This document shows, piece by piece, positions 58,731 through 64,000 of a stretch of DNA of 64,000 bases. Location: the NCBI GenBank assembly GCA_965197905.1, contig CBDAOB010000004.1, positions 1,600,001-1,664,000 of the forward strand. The letters are read 5' to 3'. This stretch comes from Candidatus Latescibacterota bacterium. GTDB lineage: Bacteria; Latescibacterota; UBA2968; UBA8231. A model generated the notes under the pieces. It worked only from the letters and a program-made list of their open reading frames with translations, made no database searches and was not told the origin of the DNA. Made by a program: the position numbers and the translations under genes. The stretch's first letter is position 1. Every line of letters begins with the position of its first letter.

Positions 58731-59000
58731 TCAACTCGCCTTCGCCGCGAGCGGGGCGGCGATGGGGTAGGCGTTGTCCAATTGGCCGGTGTTACGCGGC
58801 CCCTTGCTAAAGGTTACCAGCGAGTTGCTGCTGCTGAACGTCCAACCATCATCGTCGCAGAACTCAGCCAGTTTTTGCGCCAGCTCCATGGTGGTTTGCG
58901 CCTGCAGCGCATCCCGTATCCATGGGCGCGGTAGCAGTACATTGATCAGACCCTGGCGAAAACCCTGGCGCACTAGTTGTGCAAGCTCTTCGATATCCAT
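58731..59000 (-). CDS. Small hypothetical protein
   Basis: MDIEELAQLVRQG... is the part of a long minus-strand ORF that does not overlap sfsA. Confidence 0.5.
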   Translation of the reverse strand: MDIEELAQLVRQGFRQGLINVLLPRPWIRDALQAQTTMELAQKLAEFCDDDGWTFSSSNSLVTFSKGPRNTGQLDNAYPIAAPLAAKAS

Positions 59001-59108
59001 GAGCTGCGGCTGCAGCAACGTCGCGTTGTGAGGAGAGGAGGCGGGATGACGGTGCGAAATGTAGACGGGGCTTGCCGACGCGTCAACCAGTCTGAGCGCA
59101 GAAACTTG

Positions 59109-59801
59109 GTGCGTTTTCAGGGCAAAACCACTCGCGCCAGGTTGATGCGCAGGTACAAGCGTTTCCTGGCCGATGTTCGGGACGAGGCTGGCGAGTTGTT
59201 GACCGTCCACTGTGCCAATTCCGGATCGATGTTGGGATGCGATGCACCGGATTCGGAGGTACTGATTTCGGAGAGCCCCAATCGAAAACGCAAGCTGCGC
59301 CACACTTGGGAGCTGGTCCGCGTTGGCCGTTCGTGGGTGGGCATCAACACCATGATGCCCAACCGTGTGGTGGAAGAAGCCGTGCACGGTGGTCACATCG
59401 AAGAGCTTCGTGGATTCCGCACCATCCGCCGGGAAGTGTCCTACGGCCGCAACAGTCGCGTGGACCTGCGATTGGAAAATCCCGGAATCTGCTACGTGGA
59501 GGTCAAGAATGTGACCCTCGCTCGCGGCAAGGTCGCGCAGTTCCCCGACGCGGTAACGGCGCGGGGCGCAAAACATTTGTCAGAGCTGGGCGCTATGGTG
59601 GGGTGCGGGCACCGGGCCGTGATGTTCTTTCTGGTCAACCGAGGTGACTGTGCGCGCATGGAGCCGGCGCGCGATATCGACCCCCATTACGCGGAAGAGC
59701 TGGGGCGGGCGGTGGCGACCGGCGTTGAAGTGATCGTGTATCGTGCCCGGGTAGGCGTGCGCGGTATAAGAGTAGCGGAGAGAATTCCGTTTAGGCTTTA
59801 G
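59109..59801 (+). CDS. sfsA: DNA/RNA nuclease SfsA
   Basis: RYKRFLADV, HCANSGSM, RVD, YVEVKNVTL, FPDAVTARG.KHL.EL. Confidence 0.95.
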   Translation: MRFQGKTTRARLMRRYKRFLADVRDEAGELLTVHCANSGSMLGCDAPDSEVLISESPNRKRKLRHTWELVRVGRSWVGINTMMPNRVVEEAVHGGHIEELRGFRTIRREVSYGRNSRVDLRLENPGICYVEVKNVTLARGKVAQFPDAVTARGAKHLSELGAMVGCGHRAVMFFLVNRGDCARMEPARDIDPHYAEELGRAVATGVEVIVYRARVGVRGIRVAERIPFRL

Positions 59802-62202
59802 TAGGCGCCGCAGTCGGCGCGAAAAGATCCAGCACGCCTTTGACGGCTCCGTCCACATCAAAAGGCATCACTGCCGCCAGCGTGCGCAGCAGCGGCTCGA
59901 TCTGGGTTTTGATGTAGTGCTCGTAGTCCAGTTCCGCGCTGACATGGTTTACCGGTTGCGGTCCCTGGACGGTCATTACGTAGGCAATTACGCCGCTGGG
60001 ATTCTTCATTAGCCGGGCCGCTCTCACATGAGGCGGAACCGCGCGTTTGTAGGCATCCACCGGTTTGCGGAGATTCTTGCGGTAGACCAGATCCGCATCC
60101 TTCTCCCCTCGCCGCAACGCTTCGATCCAGCGGACCACATGGGATTCAATGGCAGCGGCGGTTGCATCCTGAAAGAGCAGCGCCAGTAACTGCCGTTGCA
60201 GCAGGTGGGCCATCGGGGTCCAGTCGCGGCGCACCGCCTCCATGCCAACTACCTCCACCTCGCCGCTGACCAGCAACCCGGCGTATCCCTTCGCTCTTCC
60301 CCCGGTGCCGTGTCGCATGGGAGGAAGCAGGAGTCGTCTGTAGAGTTTCTCGAATTCCAGTTCGAGGTGGGACTCCACGTGCCATTTTTCCTGAATGTGG
60401 TTTTGCAACTCCTCGTTGACCCACGCGCACAGCTCACTCCCTCGGTGATGAACCGTCTCATCGTCGCTGCTGGCGAGATGGGCGTCGACAAACAGCGAAT
60501 CCGTGTCGCCGTATAGGACTTGACACCCCGCTTCTTCCAAGAGACTTCGAGCCCAGCGCAGCAAGTAGTGACCAAACTCGGTGATGGCGCCGGCGATGGC
60601 GCCGCGTGCGAAACGGCAGGCATCGGTGGCCAACACTCCGTAAAAGGAGTTCATAAGAATCTTATAGGTTTGGGAAGCGAGCTGATTGCCCCCCGCGCGC
60701 GCTTGTGCTCGGTGCTCAAAAAACACGGAGAGGAGGCGTGGCAAGATGGCGGGCTCGCGATCGAAGGTCGCGCCGTTGGGCGCGCGTATGGGATCGCCGG
60801 CTTCGGCGCGCACAAAAGAGAGGGGATCAATGTTGAATGTGCGAATGATGGAAGGGTACAAGCTCTTGAAATCGAACACGAAGACTTGGTGGTAGAGACC
60901 CGGTTCGGGTGACATGACCAAGCCACCCGGGGCGCCGCTGCGTTGGCGATCAACGCCGAGGGTGGGAGCCACCAGGCCGCTGCGGCGCAGTTCGCTGATG
61001 TAGAGAAACTCGAAGGCGGGAATGCTGCCCCACGCTCGATCCAGGGGCAACCCGGTAAGCATGCTGCGTTGCAGCGTCAAGGGGATGATCTCCTCCTTCT
61101 CCAGGAGATCGCCTACCAAACGCGCGTCTTCCAGACAATAACTCGCGAAAGCAGTCCGGTCGTCGCGGTAGGCTCGTTCGATGCACGCCGCCATATCCTC
61201 ATCGTCTGCCGCTTCCAAGGTTTTTCCGCGACCGAGGATGTGCCGGGCGACCGTGTCCAGGCGGTAGTCCTCGAAGCGCTGGGTAGTTGCGCGTACCAGA
61301 TGCAGCGCGTCCAGCACCTGACGTCCGGGCACGACGACCCGGCTGCCGCCCCAGGAACGGCCTTCGTGCACCCGGGCTGTTTCCTCGGAGCGTCCAATGG
61401 TGAACGGGATGCCGTGCGTTTGGAAACGTTGCTGCAAAACGGGGAAGTCGAAATCGATGACGTTCCAGCCAGTCAGGATATCGGGATCCCACTCGCGTAC
61501 GGTAGCGGCCAACGCCCGCAGCAGGGCTGGCTCGTCCGCGTGACACCGCGTTTCCTCAGTATCGGCCGGGTTTGGGTGCCCCACGAGGTGAACCCGCTCC
61601 AGCGATTCTTCACCGGGCGCGCGGAGCACGAATGATACCGCGTAGACCGTCGTTGCCCGCTGGTCGGTCTCGATGTCCAGGACGAGAGTGGACAAACGGG
61701 GATCGTATGCCGATGCCGAAATCGCGGGGTTTTTGTAGACGCGACCGACGCGGGTGCCGCGGGTGTACTCTCCTTCGATACAGACGGTCGTGCGAATTTC
61801 CCAGCGCATTTGGTACTGCCAGGTGAGACTCAGGTCCGCCTCATAGGTGCGAATCTCGGCCTCGACCAACACGGTTGCCAGGTCGCGCAGGCGGTACTGT
61901 TTGGGGCATGAAACACGGATGGTGGGGGCGCCGTCCATAGTGGTCTCGGTGGCCGGCTCAAGGTCGATCTCCGGACCCGCGAAATCGCGCACGCGGGTTT
62001 CGTCTTCGAGGCGAATAAAGAAGCGCGCGTGCAAGCGGTCGTCGTGGATGGCGAAGGTCTCGCCACCCTCCAGCTTGCCGAGGGCACAGACGGTAGACTG
62101 GTGATTTAGTTCGCGGGTGTAGAGGTGGAGCAGAACTCCGCGCTCCGCGCTCATCGGTTCGCGCTCCAACCGTTGCCAGGGGAACGGCTTCGGTCCCGCC
62201 AC
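59791..62202 (-). CDS. polB: DNA polymerase II (family B)
   Basis: Exonuclease DIET, GWNVIDFD; polymerase DFKSLYPSII, KILMNSFYG, YGDTDS. Confidence 0.95.
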   Translation of the reverse strand: MAGPKPFPWQRLEREPMSAERGVLLHLYTRELNHQSTVCALGKLEGGETFAIHDDRLHARFFIRLEDETRVRDFAGPEIDLEPATETTMDGAPTIRVSCPKQYRLRDLATVLVEAEIRTYEADLSLTWQYQMRWEIRTTVCIEGEYTRGTRVGRVYKNPAISASAYDPRLSTLVLDIETDQRATTVYAVSFVLRAPGEESLERVHLVGHPNPADTEETRCHADEPALLRALAATVREWDPDILTGWNVIDFDFPVLQQRFQTHGIPFTIGRSEETARVHEGRSWGGSRVVVPGRQVLDALHLVRATTQRFEDYRLDTVARHILGRGKTLEAADDEDMAACIERAYRDDRTAFASYCLEDARLVGDLLEKEEIIPLTLQRSMLTGLPLDRAWGSIPAFEFLYISELRRSGLVAPTLGVDRQRSGAPGGLVMSPEPGLYHQVFVFDFKSLYPSIIRTFNIDPLSFVRAEAGDPIRAPNGATFDREPAILPRLLSVFFEHRAQARAGGNQLASQTYKILMNSFYGVLATDACRFARGAIAGAITEFGHYLLRWARSLLEEAGCQVLYGDTDSLFVDAHLASSDDETVHHRGSELCAWVNEELQNHIQEKWHVESHLELEFEKLYRRLLLPPMRHGTGGRAKGYAGLLVSGEVEVVGMEAVRRDWTPMAHLLQRQLLALLFQDATAAAIESHVVRWIEALRRGEKDADLVYRKNLRKPVDAYKRAVPPHVRAARLMKNPSGVIAYVMTVQGPQPVNHVSAELDYEHYIKTQIEPLLRTLAAVMPFDVDGAVKGVLDLFAPTAAPTKA

Positions 62203-62284
62203 GCGGCGGCTCCGCGGCTAGTCAGCGCTGCGGAAACCTCGAACAAAGGGTTCGTGCGCCATGTGCACCGACTCTGGCCGTTGT

Positions 62285-62596
62285 TCAGACGATCTCTTCC
62301 AACTGCGAGGCCCATCGACGCACCACTTCGCGGCCCGCCGGCAACGGCAATTCCGCACAGGCAAGATTCGCCATTTCATCGTGGACCTGCCCGGCCACCT
62401 CTTTGAACCGCCGTATCTCCTCGAGGAGCTTCATGGCATCCTCAGCTACGATACGGTGTGCCAGTTCGGCTTTCATCGCCTTGCGGTTTCTCGGGACTGC
62501 TCTCTTGCCATCGAGCAGCACCGCTTCTGGTGGCACAAATACGCGGTTCAAACGGCTCTCGATTTCGGACAGTTTGTGGTCGGTGAGAATCGTCAC
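62285..62596 (-). CDS. Hypothetical protein
   Basis: GTG start after AGGAGG; co-oriented upstream of polB. Confidence 0.6.
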   Translation of the reverse strand: MTILTDHKLSEIESRLNRVFVPPEAVLLDGKRAVPRNRKAMKAELAHRIVAEDAMKLLEEIRRFKEVAGQVHDEMANLACAELPLPAGREVVRRWASQLEEIV

Positions 62597-62830
62597 CTCA
62601 TCCTCCTCCTGGGCAGCACGACACACGTCGAATAACTGAAGGTTTCAAGATCCCAAAGAGATTATATCGCGGCTCCGAAAACGAGGCAAGGCGCCTGGCG
62701 ACCGCTTCGCGGATAGAGACTCGTCTTGCCACACGATTTGGCTCAGGGGATCCGTGTTGACACCCCGGTTGGACGCGCCTAAGCTTGCACCCGTCGAAGA
62801 CGATACCATCGTTCTTGAACCAACTTTACT

Positions 62831-63682
62831 ATGCAGCTGGGTGCTCACCAATCCATAAGTGGCGGGATATTCCGCGCCATCGAACGCGGTCGCGAGGCGA
62901 CCTGCGACGTCGTTCAAGTTTTCAACAAGTCCAGTAGCCAGTGGCGCGCCAAAGAGCTCACCGACGACGACATCCGCATGTTGCATGCCGCGCAGCAGGA
63001 ATCCGGAATATCCGCGGTCTGTTCCCACGCCAGCTACCTGATAAACATTGCGTCGCCCGAACCGGGCTTACGGGAGAAATCGGTGCACGCGTTGACCGTC
63101 GAGATGGCTCGCTGCAACCAGCTGGGTATCCCGAATCTGGTGTTGCATCCGGGATCACACGTGGGCAGCGGCGAGGAGCAGGGATTACGCCAGGTAGCGG
63201 CGAGCCTCGATGAGATGTTCTCCAACCTCGACAGCAACGAGGTCACCTTGTGTTTGGAGAATACCGCCGGACAGGGGTCGAACCTCGGGTATGCCTTTGC
63301 GCACTTGACGACCATTATGGAGGCCTGTTCGGGCGGTAAGCTCGGGGTTTGTCTCGACACCTGCCACCTATTTGCTGCCGGGTACCCCCTCGCCGCACCC
63401 GCTGACTTCGAGAAAGCGGTAGGTGACCTGGACGGAACCGTCGGCCTGGCGATGGTCCAGGTCATCCACCTCAACGACAGCAAACACGAATGCGGGTCAC
63501 GCAAGGATCGACACGAACACATCGGCCAGGGCGCCATCGGACTCGATGGGTTCAGGAATCTCCTCAACGACGAACGGTTTGCGGCCATTCCCATGGTGTT
63601 GGAAACCCCGAAGGAGGGGGATGGCATCGAGGAGGATAAGGACAACCTCGCAACCTTGCGCGCGCTCCTGACCTCGTCATAG
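62831..63682 (+). CDS. nfo: Endonuclease IV (AP endonuclease)
   Basis: GAH.S, HASYLIN, HPGS, ENTAGQG, DTCH, HLNDSK, DRHEHIG, ETP. Confidence 0.97.
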   Translation: MQLGAHQSISGGIFRAIERGREATCDVVQVFNKSSSQWRAKELTDDDIRMLHAAQQESGISAVCSHASYLINIASPEPGLREKSVHALTVEMARCNQLGIPNLVLHPGSHVGSGEEQGLRQVAASLDEMFSNLDSNEVTLCLENTAGQGSNLGYAFAHLTTIMEACSGGKLGVCLDTCHLFAAGYPLAAPADFEKAVGDLDGTVGLAMVQVIHLNDSKHECGSRKDRHEHIGQGAIGLDGFRNLLNDERFAAIPMVLETPKEGDGIEEDKDNLATLRALLTSS

Positions 63683-63908
63683 GGACGGCCGGTCCCGGAG
63701 CGCTGCGCAACGGTCAGGGCACGACCCCCAAACCGCGTTTTCAACTCGTCTATACGTTTTGTAACCTGCCGCGCCGTTGTGGACTCCCGGTCGAACAGGG
63801 ATTGTCTCCCCACCCCACTTTTTTCTTGCGTCGGCCATCCGCATACTATACGTTTGTACCCTGCTCAAATGAGCACTATTTGCCTCCTCGCCACGAAAAG
63901 AGGTTATC

Positions 63909-64000
63909 ATGCGCCGAGTCTGGATCTACGACCGCGAGTACCGCCGCCGTTTCTTGTTGGATATCCCCAGCCAGCTCGTGTTCCAGACCGCCCGTCGATT
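63909..64000 (+). CDS. Start of a hypothetical protein running off the window
   Basis: GAGG RBS, ATG, frame open to the window end (MRRVWIYDREYRRRFLLDIP...). Confidence 0.5.
   Translation, partial: MRRVWIYDREYRRRFLLDIPSQLVFQTARR

Noticed and set aside
59791..62202. Family B polymerase as a marker of a prophage, casposon or pipolin
   Set aside because: It looks like cellular Pol II, with no integrase, Cas1, terminal repeats or virion genes nearby.

Overview
GC-rich bacterial chromosomal segment with mostly housekeeping and metabolic genes. A paired DFxxxGxVDF EF-hand/dockerin-like domain hints at a Latescibacterota-like lineage (inference). Left part: an outer-membrane protein / cupredoxin-like protein / HAMP-adenylate cyclase module, a hybrid histidine kinase, an unusual acyltransferase fusion, dgcN-dgcA, tandem MORN-repeat lipoproteins, an orphan DNA methyltransferase, a transketolase-like gene and a secreted protein with an 18-bp (AVAEPE)n tandem repeat. 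Middle (about 35.7-46.2 kb): a mosaic of gene fragments with OmpA, YfiR, a broken TonB-dependent receptor, an IS4 remnant and an IS1595 element with low-GC cargo (HIRAN, HNH). Right part: a DNA repair/replication-rich block (Fpg/Nei, polA, EVE, PA0069 radical SAM, sfsA, polB, nfo). The most interesting unexplained signals are a ~1 kb gap without a credible ORF (about 57.0-58.0 kb) packed with nested helices whose G-U pairs favour the + strand, suggesting one or two large structured ncRNAs flanked by small orphan ORFs, and a regularly spaced DnaA-box-like array at 47.42-47.51 kb. Many frameshifts, internal deletions and scrambled junctions suggest assembly or amplification artefacts, so all pseudogene calls are provisional. 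All family assignments come from motif recognition by eye; no searches were run.
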